A stretch of DNA of 64,000 nucleotides from Fistulifera solaris (taxonomy: Eukaryota). This document shows positions 49,493 through 62,755 of this stretch, in pieces. Each line of letters starts with the position of its first letter. The stretch's first letter is position 1. The stretch covers positions 2,418,001 to 2,482,000 of the forward strand of contig AP026164.1 in assembly GCA_030295235.1 (NCBI GenBank), given 5' to 3'. Made by a program: the position numbers and the translations under genes. A model generated the notes under the pieces. The model ran no database searches. It was not told where the DNA came from and saw only the letters and a list, made by a program, of their open reading frames with translations.

Positions 49493-51267
49493 ATGCGTAG
49501 TATCCACAATGCGCAAGACAACGATAAAAGACGATGCAACCACGGTAGAATTTTACGGGCGATCGTTGTTGCATTAATTGTGGCGAGAGGAGTCAGGATT
49601 TTCGGAAGCATTCACTTGTTCCTTTTTGAACACGTCAAACAACCTACAATAGAAAATACAACGAGCCATACGAACGGTTATTTGTCAACCACCCACACAA
49701 CGACACCTCCGTTGCGTATTTTGGGGCCTCCACCAATAACGGAATTTCCTCCAAATCCAAAATTATCCGAACACAATGATAGCATAAGCTATCACGGAGA
49801 AAAATATTCAGCCGCCTCCTACTATGGTCGCTACGAGATCCAACAGTCTACCATTCGCCTTTGTTGACCGACCGCAACACGAAATGACAAAAATTACTTT
49901 GGGTATGAATATCGAGTATTTACCATTCATTGCTACCGTTCGCGAGTATTCGACAGGCAACAAACCCACAACAAACGAAGAAACACCGAATTTTTATGAT
50001 ATGCTTGACATGTTTGATTGTTTGCCGTCCGAGGCATGCATGACATGTCTGGCAGCCGAAGACGAAATACAAGGTGGAAACTGTGAACTTTGTCAAGGAC
50101 ATTGTTCTTGCTATTGTAAATCACTTTGTCTAGTACGACCACCGCCCAAACCATTGGTGGCTGAATGGAGAGTCAAAAGGCCAACCTCTTTCAAGGACCC
50201 TGATCGACACATTCCCCGAATCATTCATCAAACATGGTTTGAACCAATCACAAGAGAGAAATATCCCAAAATGTCACAGCTCGTTCAATCGTTTCAACAA
50301 GCGGGTTGGCAGTACGAATTTTATGACGATGATCGGGCCGCTCAATTCTTGAAAGCACATTTCCCTCCTGCCGTCCACGAAGCTTACGATGCGCTCCTAC
50401 CGGGCGCGTACAAGGCCGACTTGTTTCGTTATTGTGTATTGTTGATCATGGGAGGAGTCTATGCCGATGTCGATGTGCTGTTGGAGAGTGGTTTAGATGA
50501 ACTGATTTTACCTTCGGTGGGATTCATGGCGCCGCAGGATACACCGGGCACGGAATCGGGTCATCGTTGTTGTTTATGGAATGGATTTCTGGCAGTTGCT
50601 CCAGCACACCCCTTTATAGCGCAAGCAATCCAGAACGTTGTGAATCACGTTCGAAATCGCTACACATCCGTCGATTACGACGACATGCTGTGTCCGGATC
50701 CTGACTTTTCCATATCGCATACTTGGGTACGTGAATTTGATTTGCTCCTTTTTCGCTGTTGCTCTTACACTCTCATGCCCACCGCTATCGATTGCTTCTC
50801 CTTAGGATACTCTTCTTACTGCCGGACCTTGCGTTTTGGGAGTTAGTGTCAACGATGTGCTCCGATTGCATCGTAAGACTGGCTTTGAACCCGGTGATAT
50901 TGCCCCGATTTCGAATTCTGACATGGGACAATCGGACGGCACAAATAAGGCACATTTATCGTCTCCGGATGATGCCCGTTTGCTGATTCCGGGTCGATCA
51001 ATAATTTTGAGACAAGATAGGGAACTGAACCACTGGCACAGATTTGTCTGGGACGAAATGAAGATGGTGGCGATATCCACCGACTTGCCCGAGTATGATG
51101 ATCGACCGAAGTCGTTAGTCCATTATAGTGAGACGCATCAGAAGGTTGAAGTGTACGGCTTACAGGGGGTTTACAGAAATTCACTGCGATCGAATGAGGA
51201 GATAACGATTTCGATTTGCCTTGATGGTGAATTAGCGGTGTCAAATGCTGTCACTGACTTGGATTGA
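49493..51267 (+). CDS. GT32 (DXD, OCH1-like) glycosyltransferase A; intron 50727-50805; frameshift near 49815
   Basis: IPRIIHQTW, GAYKADLFRYCVL, GGVYADVD and TAGPC; N-terminal type II anchor. Confidence 0.9.
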
Positions 51268-51794
51268 TCGTTGCAGCTAATCGACAAAAATCCAAAGATA
51301 AGAGAATTGACAAAACAGTGAGCCGTCTGCTATGGAAAGGTTGTGTGTAACTGCTGTTCACGGCGTTGTTCAGGGGTCACCTTTGTATTGATGGTTGGCT
51401 GTTTCGTTAGGGAATCTATTGGACCTAAGTCATTCCTCCAGTATTTCCATAAAAACATAGTATCAACAAAAACATAATTCAATGAAAAATCGCTTAGCAG
51501 GCATGCATCGATAATACTCGTAGCCTTGACTAGTGCGTGCTTTTTTTCGTCGATGTATCGTCGGTGGACACTTTCCGGGACTGAAAAAAACAAATGTGTC
51601 GGGTGGGTGACGTCACTGCCTGGCAGTTTGCGTGACAGTCGAAATTGATCGGATTTCAGGGAATGAATACATCTAAAGCTAACGCCATTCAATCTTCAAC
51701 CATTTCCATCATTAATTAATAAATTATTTAGTCAATGAGCATTGCGCTTTGTTTGCGTAATATTGACAATACTGTACAAAGAATAGCGTCGCCT

Positions 51795-51968
51795 AACACA
51801 AAAATAAACGTCGTCTTTCCGTGACTGGAACCTCATTCACTTAGCTAGAAGCTAGCAGGTACAGGAAGAAGTGTACATTAACGTAGGCCCCCGTAGAGAA
51901 ATGTACCAAGCAGAGGTGCGTTCCTGTCTCTGAACACAAAAGTGAACGTCGTCTTTCCGTGACTGGAA
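51795..51968 (+). repeat. Pair of 36-bp direct repeats (51795-51830 and 51933-51968; 34/36 identical)
   Basis: AACACAAAARTRAACGTCGTCTTTCCGTGACTGGAA occurs twice, 102 bp apart. Confidence 0.9.
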
Positions 51969-52280
51969 TGCAGATTGAGTCTGACTTGAGCATAAAAGCC
52001 GTACCAGGTAGTTTGGAGCGATGTTGTTTCGAGCAATGATGCACTTTTCTTCAACATCCCATTAGGAAACCGTTCTGTTACAATGTACACCATAGTCGAT
52101 CGCAATTTCAACTTGAATGAGTTTTTTCGCTTACGCAGTCGGCATTTTGCAACACACAACAACAAAATAATGACAACCGCATCAAACGCGATCATCGTAA
52201 AAAGGTCAGTGGCCTTCCAATCCATAGTGTACAAAGAATGTTTCTCACTCTGTGGTGGCTGTGCATGAACGAACAGAAAC

Positions 52281-53918
52281 ATGATCGCATTCAAGGCTAA
52301 GGCACGGAAAAGTACGATACTGTCAATCGCAGTAACCATACTTTTATTTACCAGCAGCGGCTTAAGTGTTATCTGGATGAACAAAAATTTTGCTGCTGAA
52401 GGCCCGCTTGATACCGAAAAAGATGGCGGTACGAACATGCTTGATGAGCACAGCCACGAAAAGGATGCAACGATATCGAATGATCTACCGTTTACTTTTT
52501 TCGATCGACCGAATAACACTATGGCAAACGCTCATTTGGATATGACGATACATGATATACCGTTCATTGCTACAGTCCGCGAGTATTCGACAGGGAATAA
52601 ACCCACAACAGATTCAGAAGCACCCAATTTTTACGATATGCTAAGCACATTTGATTGTTTACCGTCTGGAGAATCATGTTTCAAATGTCTAAAATCAGGA
52701 GCGATTGGGAGAGGTGGCAGTTGTGAGCGTTGTCAAGCGCAATGCCCGTGTTTCTGTCGAACACTCTGTCAAATACGACCGCCACCAAAGCCTTTAGTAG
52801 CCATATGGAAAGTCACTCGACCCCGCGTTTCGAAGGAACCGGATCGACACATTCCCCGAATCATTCATCAAACATGGTTTGAGGCTATCACCAGAGAAAA
52901 ATATCCTAAAATGTCATTAATGACCGAGTCGTTCCGACAATCGGGTTGGCAATACGAATTCTATGACGACGATCGCGCGGCACAGTTTCTGCAAACTCAT
53001 TTCCCTCCCGCCGTCTTTGAAGCCTACGATACCCTCTTGCCTGGAGCATTCAAAGCAGATATCTTTCGTTATTGCGTTTTGCTGATTATGGGTGGTCTCT
53101 ATGCCGATGTTGATGTCATGTTAGAGAGCAATCTCGACAAACTGATTCCGCCTTCGGTGGGATTCATGACACCAGAAGATATACCGGGTATGACAGTTGG
53201 ACACGCTCATTGCTTGTGGAATGGCTTCTTGGCAGCTGCTCCTGGACATCCTTTTCTCGCGCAAACCATCCAAAATGTAGTGAATCATATCCGAAATCGA
53301 TATACATCTATTGATTACGATGATATGCTGTGTCCGAACCCAGTGCTAACGGTGTCGCATCTCAAGGTACGTGTGCACTCGCAACGGGAGGTGCTTGTAG
53401 AGTGGTATTGCTGCTGCTGAAAACCAGCGGCATCTCTTTTACTCATTATTCTGATATGTTTCGCCTTTTTTCAGGATGTTTTGTTTACAGCGGGGCCCTG
53501 CATTTTGGGAGCCAGTGTCAACGACGTCCTTCAATTGCATCGCCAGACGACCTTCGAACCCGGTGATGTCAAACTCTTTCCGAAACATACTGTTAGTAAC
53601 CTCAATGGCAAGGGGCAACAAGACAGCGCACTTCATCGTCACAGTTTTAACGTGACTTCGAGTGATCCTCGTTTCTTGATACCGGGTCGGTCCATTATAT
53701 TGAAAAGAGATTTGATAGACAGATTTCCACATCGATTTATATGGGAAGAAAGGAACATGGTGGCGGCTGTCACTAACATTCCAGATTATGACGATCGACC
53801 TGAAACGTCGATACATTACGGAGAGATCCACGACGACTTTCGGATTTATGGTTTGAACGGAGTCTACAAGGACACGCACCGGGCCAACGAGGACATTATG
53901 ATAGAGATTGTGCCCTGA
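52281..53918 (+). CDS. GT32 glycosyltransferase B (tandem paralog); intron 53367-53474; start may lie upstream
   Basis: IPRIIHQTW, GAFKADIFRY and GGLYADVD; intron at the same codon position as in paralog A. Confidence 0.9.
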
Positions 53919-54977
53919 AGACCGAGATGGCAGTTTTCGTCCTCGTAAGAAATGACCACGGTCAGCGGTGATACCGCAACAACTTATGAGAAACATGGTG
54001 GAAAAGAATATCGCAAAACTTGAAGTGGCCCTTTGTCCAAGTCGACCACCAACAAATGCACGATATGGCACAGATTGTTCGCCTTCAAGCTTTTTTAAAG
54101 CCTTGAACTCGTTAAGAAAGTGATCGGCCCAGTCCAAACGTCATTGTTCGAAATCAAAAGCAACAACACAGGAGAGACAACTGCAATTTATTTCATTCTC
54201 GAACGAGAAACTTTTGCTATTTTACTCCACAACAATCGCTCGAAGAAAAACGTGCAATAGTTATTGTTTAAAAGAGTTGCGAACAAAAATAGTTTAGGGG
54301 AACATCACTCCTTGTGGCTTCTTGCTCTTTGGTCCATGGTTGACCATCATAGTGTTTTTTTTGCGCTGATGCATTTCTGCAATTCATGACTGAGAATATG
54401 ATTATCCAGTCTTGAAGAAATACGGACAACACATTGGGCCATAGTAAATACAATACAAGTACTCCGGAGTAGTTCAAAGGACGGTCCGAGCCACTTTTCG
54501 CCATGACAGAATTGATCCATAAAACGGAAAAGCAACCGCAGATACAATGGAAATTTGAATTTTTCGCGTTAAGAACTAAAAAAAGCTTGCAGATTAGAAA
54601 TATGGGAACGAATTTGGAGCCATTTTTTTTATTCATGACTGAATTGCAGTTTTGATTGCGTTCGTCTGACACGTCCGGACGGCGGGGGGACGAAATTTAA
54701 TTTGAAAGGTTCCAACCGAACTAGCGATTATCCGTTGTTCTAGCATAAATCGCTTTCTTTTTCCGTTCCGTAGTCACTCTTAATCACAAACCCTGTATAC
54801 TTTGCTGTATCTTCTAAAATGTGTGGAAAAAGTGTTCCGCCCTCGCAACTTCCAAAACTTGAGACGAAAGGAGGAGATGACACAAAACGAGGTACCAGTA
54901 GCAAAGAAGTATTTGAAAACAATTGACCGATCGAGACATTGTTGATCCTCTCCTTTACGTGTTTACGTATCTCTAAA

Positions 54978-56878
54978 ATGTCTAATCAAAAGCAAGAAGA
55001 CGAGGCTCCGTATTTATCGTACTCGGAGAGCCATTTGTCGGATGAATATCACCAGAAATTGACGAAATGGCAACATGTTCGCCTCGCTTTCAAGGCATTC
55101 CGTCTCCTTTCGTCACCTTACTTTGCTCGATCGGACGCACGACGTCTGTTTCTGCTGTTGGTCACGCTCATGCTCATGAGTAGTGCCGTACGGGTCATTT
55201 TAGTTACATTTCTCGCGATTACTGGAGTGCCTTGTCGGGTCGTGACGAAGAACAATTTTATAACATTGTGCGCAACTTTTGCGTGGCCTTGGTCGTCCTG
55301 GCACCACTCAATGTCTTGTATCGATATCAACGAGAACGATTGGCACTGCAATGGCGCGAATGGATGACGGAACGAATGTTGAAACTGTATGCGACGAATC
55401 GAGTGTACTATACATTAGAAGCGGATCAAGTCGATCAATCAAAAGTGGATAATCCCGATCAACGTATCTGTGAAGATGTTCGAAGTTTCACACATTTCAG
55501 TTTGACATTCTTCTTGACCCTTGCGATATCGATTATTGATTTGGTGGCCTTTTCAGTCATTCTTTACACCATTCAGCCCATGTTGTTTGTGTCGATTATC
55601 TCCTTCGCGACACTGGGTTCGGTGGGCGTGGCCGTCATTGGACAGCAGTTGATGCGTCTTAATGTGGAACGGTTGCAAAAGAAGCCGATTTGCGTTTCTC
55701 GCTCGTACGAGTGCGCGAAAACGCTGAATCGATTGCGTTCTATTCGGGTGAACCGATGGAACAACAACAAATACTGAATCGATTGGATCAAGTGGTGGAC
55801 AATAAGAACGATATCATCGTGACGAAACGGAATTTGGACTTTCTTACCACACTTTACAACTACGTGACGTGGACGTTGCCGCTCTTACTGCTGGCGCCAG
55901 CCTACTTTGGGGGCGTCATCGAGTTGGGTGTGATGCAACAAGCTGCTGTGGCATTCGGTCATGTGCTCGAAGACTTGTCCTTTATTGTCTGGGAATTCGA
56001 TAGTCTGGCGGAATTTTCTGCTTCCATTCGTCGTCTTTACCAGTTTTTGCAAGCGATACAGAAAGCAGATCCGGATCGTGATGAACACTCGCCGTTGCTG
56101 GGTGGTGATTTGTACGATGTCGATCAAAAGATGGACTTATTTTGCCAACGGTTGCTACACGCGGCCCATCGGTGCTAAGTACAATTCAATTGACTCCCAG
56201 TCTACATGCCGCCACGCCGCTAACCGTTCGAAATCTCAGCGTGTCTACTCCCGACTATACTCGGACGCTAGTCAAGAATCTTTCACTGTCTGTCAATGAT
56301 GGAGACCATGTTTTAATTTGTGGGCCTTCAGGAGCAGGAAAGAGCAGTTTAGTTCGCAGCATTGCTGGTTTATGGACTGCAGGTTCCGGTTCGATTGAAC
56401 GAACTTCAGATGTCTGCTTTTACCGCAAAAGCCGTATTGTCCAGTGGCATCGTTACGCAATCAACTTTTGTACCCTCACAATAGTGAGAATCAAAGCGAT
56501 AAAGCCTTTGTTCAGTCCGATGAACAGCTTATCGCTATCATGAAACAAGTCAACTTAATGGCAATAGCCGAACAGGCCGGAAATGGGAACGTGGAAGCTG
56601 GATTAGATGCAGTTTTGGATTGGTCGAATCGGTTGTCGTTGGGGGAACAACAGCGGTTAGCATTCGGTCGAGTTTTGCTCCACCGACCCAGGCTTCTTAT
56701 CTTGGATGAATCTACTTCCGCTATGGACGTTCAATCCGAACGACAGATGTACGACCTTTTGAGGGAATGGAAGGTCTCGTATATTAGCGTTGGTCACCGT
56801 CCGACTCTGGTTGAGTTCCATGATAGTCGACTGGAAATACGGGGGATGGGAGAGTTCTCGATTGGTAGAATAGAATAG
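54978..56878 (+). CDS. ABC transporter D-family (ABC_membrane_2) half transporter with about 4 frameshifts
   Basis: DNPDQRI, RVRENAESIAFY, Walker A GPSGAGKS, signature LSLGEQQR, ILDE and ISVGHR. Confidence 0.9.
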
Positions 56879-57021
56879 TTTATCATGCACTCTAAAAAAT
56901 TGAGAGCGGAAGGTAGTATCTAGAGAGTGATCGTAGATACAACAGATGTTGTTTCATTTCTAACATGGTTCCATAGAGTTAAATTATTGTTCTGTGCCGT
57001 GTTCCAACTTCACCCAACTGC

Positions 57022-58851
57022 TTATTCTTCATCGAGAATATTCAAATGGTGTTTTGGAATAAACCCACTTCTATCCATAGCGAAACGAAGAGGAGCCAGC
57101 ATCGCGATGATAATAGGAAAGAAGACACCTGCCGGACTTTCTTTCACCCAAATCATGGCAGCCAAACACGCCAACTGCACCACAGTTAACTTACGAACAG
57201 AGGATTGGGGAACCACGCCCGTCCACCGCTCTTTGACTGCTGTCGCCTTTTCCTTGAATAAACCCTTAAAACGTTCCCAGAACTCGTTTCCCGGAAGCGA
57301 GGAAGCACCCAAGTATAGAAAAAGACCCATCAAAGCCGGTTTGGGAATCAGCGACAGCCATTGACGAGGTTGCTTCAAAAGTACACAACATCCAATACCA
57401 GCATGCATCAATGCCCCGGTCAAACGTTGCTCGATGGTCCCCACCACCTTTCCATCATCATCGTACTTAGCACACGCTTTAACGTGCGACACGGAACGAA
57501 CAGTAGCTGCGACAAGCCACGGTAAACCGAAAAGAGATTGCAACGCCGTCAACAAGCTAATTACTAGCATGTCGGCATGCATGCCATCTAAAACATTACC
57601 GGGACGCCTTCCTTTTGTCATGTTGTATTTGCTGTTATTCACCAAGCGAACTGTATGCGATTGTGTGAGCAAAAGAGAAATCGAGCTTCAAAATTCTTTT
57701 GCCGTTCCTCGACACTTACCTGTAATATTCTGATCTAAAAATAATAACACTGTCGCCATAAGAGCCGGTAAAAACGACGCCCAACGAGCCCACACGGGCA
57801 AATCCAACAAGGGGAATCAACCAGGGTCGCCCTGTGGTTGTCCCAAATTGCGACGGAATGGCCAACGCCGGCAATGTGACTCCGTGGGAGAGACGGGCTG
57901 CACGTGCCAGCCACGCTGCTACTACCACTCCAATGGTCGGTGCGAAATTGGAAATAGTATTGCGGACTGGCTTGTTAAAATAAGCGGTACGACGCAAACC
58001 TTGCAAGCGTGTTGAAATCGTATATGTGGTTGAAGCACACACCAGAGTCAAAAGGGCTTGCACCAAAGGAGCCGACGAAAAGGTTCCCGCAATATTGGAA
58101 CACGCTTCGAATAAGAAAATGACACTGATTAAAACAGAAAAGATCTCATCCGTGAAGCGCGTCAAATACTATTTTGAAAGTGAGACTTGTACTCAAAAAA
58201 TCACTTGAGTAAACAGTTTCCAAAGGGTACACATACCTTGACCAAATTTGATGCTGAAGTCATAGCCGAAACAAAGAGAATAGCCGAAGTCCACAATCCT
58301 GTCCATGCATAGAGTGGCAAGAAAGGCAACTTGTACATGTCAGCCATTTGCGCTAGACACGCCACAAAAGCCAAGACGGGCCCAGTTCCTCCGATAATTG
58401 TCATAGGCTGTGCCGCTGTGAGAGCGAAAAGAACTCCAGACACAGCAGTACTCGTAATCATTTCGACCGTTCCTATGGCACTATTGGAGGCAACGGCATA
58501 AAGCCCTCCGAAACCCACGGCAGGTGCCAAGCAAGCAAAGAACATGAAGAATGTTGCAGCCAGGCATGGCAGTTGGAAACCATCCGTAAAGTCCGACTTC
58601 CAGTACGGTAAACGAGCCGCAAAATCACGTCGAACCCCGTGGCCCAAGTCTTCTAAAAGAGGTTCTCTGGCAGGTGTAGAAGAATCTGGTAGAGCAATTG
58701 CATCAACAGGTATTTGTGCCTTCTCCGCTGTCGAACACAAGCGTGACTGATAGGGAGTTCGGTGCAGTCGAACTGACAGACGAGATGCTGATTGAAATGC
58801 CTCGCAATATTCCACAAAAAGTATCAGTCCTGCCAAAGTTAACAATTTCAT
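57022..58851 (-). CDS. SLC4: SLC4-family bicarbonate transporter, probably plastid-targeted; introns 58169-58236 and 57651-57719
   Basis: Leader CEA-F, YWKSDFTDG, QPMTIIGGTGP, TRFTDEIF, LFLDQNIT, GLPWLVAATVRS and IEQRLTG. Confidence 0.93.
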
Positions 58852-59865
58852 GTTGGCGATGCTCTTCGTTAATTACTGTTTAATAGTGCGTCCGCCTCTT
58901 CTTTTCGAAAAGAGGGCGTTGTTTTTTTTTTTTTTTTTTTGAAAGGAAAGGCGAAGAAGAAAAGAAAAACGAAAATCGAGTGCATTTGCGAAAACGAGAG
59001 ACGTTTCGACGTACGCAATCCGAATTCTTCTTTCTTTGGGCCCGTAGTTCAAGATGACGCCAATTCAGATGGCAAAACTACGAAAGAAGAAATTTGATGC
59101 AGTGACAGCGGTGACCACATCAGAAGCTGCAAATATCTTTCTTTTTACACGTCACGAAAAGTACAAACGACTGTCGATGCCATCATCTGATGATTCAGAT
59201 TTCCACGTATCATTTTTTGGTATGAACTTTACTATCGGATAAAGTGAGGGCTGAACAGAACTCCAACTTGACTCGATTTCTTGGTTTCATCGAAATAACC
59301 GTCCATATCGCTATTTTAATGAATGGACGCTTACGAAACACGCAACCAGTAAAGTGATTTATCGTTGTGGTTCATGAGAATGAGGTTGTAGCAGTGAACC
59401 AATGCTATGGTCGCGTCGGTGAATCGCATCGGTCGCTACCAGGGTAGTATTGCGTGTAAAAAGAAGGCGTGCTAAAATTTCGACTCAACTTGACTAATAC
59501 ATTTCCTTCAGGGTTGGGAGCTGTACCAGTTAGTAATGCTGGCTGGTCTAGAATATATTTTTGAAAAGGAATTTGCAATTTGACTGCGCGGGAAGATCAG
59601 ATTCAATGGTAGACAATCGTTATACATTCCATGATAAGGCGTAGTGCTCCACTTGCCACTACCTACGACGGGGTTCGTTACCAAGGAAAAGCAGACAAGA
59701 TGTATTCGACAAACATTAATTGATTTTTTTAATTGCGTATGCTGTATAAATGGTAATAGTATGAGAGGGAAAACACATCTCTCTTCCTTCCAATGATGTA
59801 ATTTAAAAACTTTCACATGGTACGCGTGTATTCTATTTCTTTGCTTCTAAAAGGTCGTGTACCTG

Positions 59866-61505
59866 TCAGGGCAGTGAACTTGATTGTTCGGCAAACTCAG
59901 GAGCAATTATAGGTGTGCCGTAATCCGGAGACATATTCAAGCTATCTGGCGAAGTAACAACTTGAGTCGTGGCCTTGTCGAGCTGCTGCATCCAAATTCG
60001 TGTCTTGTACATGGAAAACAAATCACGAACGAGATCTCGAAAGTCCACTCGTCCTTCGGCCTCAAAGAAAAAGGTGAGCTTGTGCCGATCGAATTGGTAC
60101 TCAGCGTCGACCACATGCATGGGTAGTCCGCGTTGAATCACCTTCGTACGACATATTTGAAGTAACTCTTCTTCTTCGTCGCGTTTCATTGCCAACAAGC
60201 TAACTTCGTCGTGAGTGGCTAAACGAATGATGCGTTTCAGGTCCGCTGCATGGACCCCGGATGTCACTTTGCCATAAACAATTCCCAAATCTTCTCCGCG
60301 ATCAGCTTCTACTTTCACGTAGGTGCCTATCTTCAAGTCACGCTGACCCAACCGCGGCCCCAAACAAAAATTGCGCTGTGTTCGCTTGAATTTGACACAG
60401 TAAACCGACTTGGGGACAGCCGCCGTCTTTCCGCCCAAAATATAATGCTCTTCCGGGACTTCGATATGTTCTCCCATGAGAGTGTGCCCATATTCATCAT
60501 CATGCACACGAAGGACCACTCCAGAGTCACTGGATTGGCGAGTGTGTCCAGCTGGATAAAATGGCTGAACGGGGGAGAGTCCACCGCTTCCTCCGTTGTA
60601 CTCGGACGCCGGGTAAGGGTACCTCACACGACTGTCATACGACGAAGATAGCATAGTACTTGTCAAACTGCTACTTCTCGGCAAAAAGAAGATGTCTCCT
60701 TCAATGACCCTCCGACGGAATACGAATGCCTAGGCGCACTACTGCTGCCACCAAAATTAACCATTTGCTGCTGCTGCTGCTGCGTCTGAAAGCCAGGCTG
60801 CGAAAGAGAACGCGAGTGTCGAGGCTTCGGAAGAGCGTCGGGAACACGTTGCTGTTGCAGATGCGCACCAAGGGTGGGCAAACTACCAAACTTCTGCGAC
60901 ACAGCGTCGTAGCCTTGAAAGCCCGATTGACCTGACCAGCTCTCCACTTCCGTATACAAGGGAGGTCGAGACCCTCGATCATACATGCGAGGAGAACTTG
61001 AATAAGCGCGCTCACGGATTCCTAAACCCAACAAGCCATCATTGTCGGTTCCCAGCTCGCCTAATCTGTAATCCTCGCTGGCTCGTCTCTGTTGTTGTTG
61101 GTGGTGTTGCTGCAAAAACGGAAGAGCCGGTGGTTCCATATATACACCCTGTCGTGTGCTCCAATCTCCATCCGAGGATGAGTTGGGTGTCATGGTGAGT
61201 GATGGCGAGCTTGCCGAGTTGCTCTTTGAACTTATGGGTTTTCCAATGGGTGACGGAATATTCGGACGCTGTGTAAAGGAATGGTGCGAATGAATACTCT
61301 CTTGACCGCTCCTTACGGAACTTTCTGAATAATATTGATGCATGTCCTCGGGTGGAGATGATGACACAGTGCTCGAAGTGGGTTTGCGAACGTGGCTTTG
61401 ATTTCTGTCGAGTAATGACATTCCCGACATACCATATTCGATCGACTGCGTATTGCTACTCAATTGTATAATCATGACGGTTGGAATAAAGAGAAAATAG
61501 AACAA
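59866..61505 (-). CDS. PSP1 C-terminal domain protein with long low-complexity N-terminus; frameshift near 60685; start uncertain
   Basis: VKVEADRGEDLG, VVDAEYQFDRHKLTFFF and VDFRDLVRDLF..KTRIWM. Confidence 0.85.
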
Positions 61506-62755
61506 GATCGTTAGAAGAATTGTGTTGCAGAAAATGTTACGACTGAAAGTGACATCAAAGAGAAGGTTCGAAAACTTTCAAGAACTTAGTTTGGAGAACG
61601 ACCGAGTGTTCGCTGCGACACTGGATTTCCAAACAAGAAACACCAGTATCAGTTAATGAGTAAGCCCCGAACTTCCACAAGAACGGCAGCGGAGCGATGA
61701 AACCAGGATAGCAGGATGCTGAAATGTGATAAACAAAGCCATGGAAAGCCTTTTTTCTCCTTTTCAATGTCGACGGAAGAAGGTATCGCAACGATTTGCG
61801 TGGCGAAAACGATAGTTGCAGCCCCATTGCACTGTTTACCTCCAAAAGAAAAAAGACACGTGCAACACTACGAAAGCTCTACGTGTGATGTTTGTTGGCT
61901 TGTTCGTACCTATCCGTCGACCAACTATGTACATCAGGCCCACTGGCCGCCATTATCATGAGTGCTGTAGAGGAATGATCTATCTATGAATTTTTATTGA
62001 GAAAAGGAAGGAGTGAAAGTCAAAACGAAAGCAATTCGAACTTATCACATACACTTGAGATGTCTTCGTTCTGCTGCCTGCGGACAGCGGATGCGGAGCG
62101 GGGACCGTGTGCCGTGTCCCGTAGAGGGACACGCCGATGCAGATTTTGCATTCTCGAGCAAGAAAGAGACTGCGCTTAAGAGTAGTTGGGACGGAAAATT
62201 TGCGAAGACGATCTCTATTAGCGATGCCGGCGTGAATGGAAACAATGACAGTACACTTGATAGTCCGATAGACAAAGTTATTTAGCAGCGCCATTCTCCT
62301 AAATATTTCACGGTATTCGGACTTCAACGGCAATCGCAAGCAGGGCACATTGAAAATTCAAAGATACAAAAGCTTATCGAGCATTTACTCTTCTACGAAC
62401 TGTAGTATCCGAGTGGAAACTTGAAAAGATAGACTTCTTTTGCATTCGATAACCAGATGCCGATCCGTAGAAAGTATCACTAACACAGAAGCTTTTCTTC
62501 CGTAAACAATCTAGCTATTAGCTATTCGCTTTGTTGAAAACCATTGCTGACAAGCTATGATCACGTCACCCCACAATTCTCCTCTTTTCGCAAAATCTGG
62601 ATTCATCTTAAAATCAACTTGACGCAATAGAAACGACTCTACATCCTGGTTTGTTCTAGTTAACAATAGGTCAGGTATCAGGAACTAAAGGTAAAGGATA
62701 GCAGAGCTTCTATACAGTTAAGATGTCTTGTCAGCTAATCCAAGATGTCGTTTAA

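Noticed and set aside
51795..51968. CRISPR array (36-bp repeats)
   Set aside because: Only two repeats, a 102-bp spacer, no cas genes, eukaryotic context.
54978..56878. ABC transporter as a pseudogene or programmed frameshift case
   Set aside because: All motifs are intact, and the indel pattern matches the window-wide assembly error.
58893..58940. Hairpin + poly-T resembling a bacterial intrinsic terminator
   Set aside because: Eukaryotic nuclear context with no + strand gene ending there; likely a promoter poly(dA:dT) tract.
62113..62133. 8-bp GC-rich hairpin (and a 9-bp one at 47208-47234) as Helitron end or ncRNA
   Set aside because: No CTRR terminus or other supporting structure; such stems are expected by chance.
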